Origin: Andalucia godoyi And28
Taxonomy: Eukaryota; Protista; Jakobida
Assembly (NCBI GenBank): GCA_009859145.1
Contig: VRVR01000041.1
Span: 207,107-271,106, forward strand
DNA: 64,000 nucleotides
Direction of reading: 5' to 3'
The translations under genes were made by a program, and so were the position numbers. The notes beneath the pieces are model-generated. The model made no database searches. It saw only the letters and a program-made list of their open reading frames with translations, and was not told the DNA's origin. Shown here piece after piece: positions 63,359-64,000 of this stretch. How positions within the stretch are numbered: the first letter of the stretch is position 1; each line of letters opens with the position of its first letter.

Positions 63359-64000
63359 TGTATATTTTATGTTTTGAAAATCCATTTTATAAAAATACCC
63401 AATATTTTACTTTCTTTGCAACTCCCAATCCTTTTCCACAACAACACATCGTACGAATAGTAGCGAGACATTCGGGACCTCCAGCCTGTTTTTGTCAAGA
63501 GCAAAGTCCGTTCCCGCATCAAACGCTATGGGATGTGCTCCAGTACTCTATCTGCCTGTCGAATGTCCTGCGATGCTACGATCAACGGCAGCCAAGAAAT
63601 TGTTCAAGCAATAGTGCATTGGAACAGGGAAGCCGCTGCTGCTATTCTTTCTATGCCTTTCTTTGTTGCAGTCGAGTTCCCAGAATATCGGGGCCCTCCA
63701 TGCTCTTCTGATCCTGAACACGCTACGTGGGTGCCCGTCCTTTCTGTTAGTCGAGCAGTCTCCATCGGCAACAACAACAATACAGCAGATCGCATTCAAT
63801 TTCCGTTGTCCGTCTCGTATGCTGTGACAATCCACAAAAAAGCCAGCGTATGACGTTCAATAGAGCAGTAGTGGATCTGGGAACAGCCAAGAAGTCACCC
63901 GGAATGTCATGCATAGCACTCAGCCAGGTCAAAAGCATAGAAGGACTTGCTTTCGCTGACGGAAGTATCCCAAGCAGTCGGCTATCAAACTTGAAATCCG

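Larger units (their letters stand above)
62800..64000 (+). pseudogene. PIF1-family (Helitron-type) helicase relic, frameshifted, interrupted, running off the window
   Basis: Fragments IVARHSG, LYLPVECPAML, NGSQEIVQAIV, VEFPEYRGP, RIQFPLSVSYAVTIHK (frameshift in A-run 63836-63841), SQRMTFNRAVVDLG...ALSQVKSIEGL. The upstream part (62800-62995) is weaker. Confidence 0.75.

Overview
Gene-dense, intron-poor nuclear DNA of an aerobic, probably flagellated protist. It uses the standard genetic code, has GT(ATGT)-AG introns, and has microsatellite-rich, AT-rich intergenic DNA; the species cannot be named from sequence alone. About 28 host genes: 2OG-Fe(II) oxygenase, ARM-repeat protein, NEK kinase, ceramidase/NAAA-like hydrolase, RBM26/27, renalase-like oxidoreductase, cyclin A, IQUB, mitoribosomal L9 and S17, Vps15, GNA1, Tim8, SET-domain protein, SLX4-like scaffold, cytochrome b5, KMO, Icp55-like peptidase, triple-domain metacaspase, P4-ATPase, two ABCG half-transporters, patatin TAG lipase and a few orphans. 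There are two identical inverted tRNA-Phe genes. Mobile DNA: a hAT transposon with perfect TIRs and 8-bp TSD, an intact IS630/Tc1-derived gene with an altered catalytic triad, a PIF1/Helitron-type helicase relic, and two separate Fanzor/TnpB (eukaryotic OMEGA RNA-guided nuclease) relics that the ORF track splits into unrecognisable fragments, both with hairpin-rich 3' ends resembling omegaRNA. Top leads: (1) GNA1 ends in the TGA-CTA readthrough context with an in-frame extension ending in -SKL, a cryptic peroxisomal isoform; (2) the two Fanzor relics and their candidate omegaRNAs; (3) a head-to-head ABCG pair with one degenerate signature motif, resembling ABCG5/G8; (4) a three-domain metacaspase. 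All family assignments come from manual motif recognition; no database search was run.
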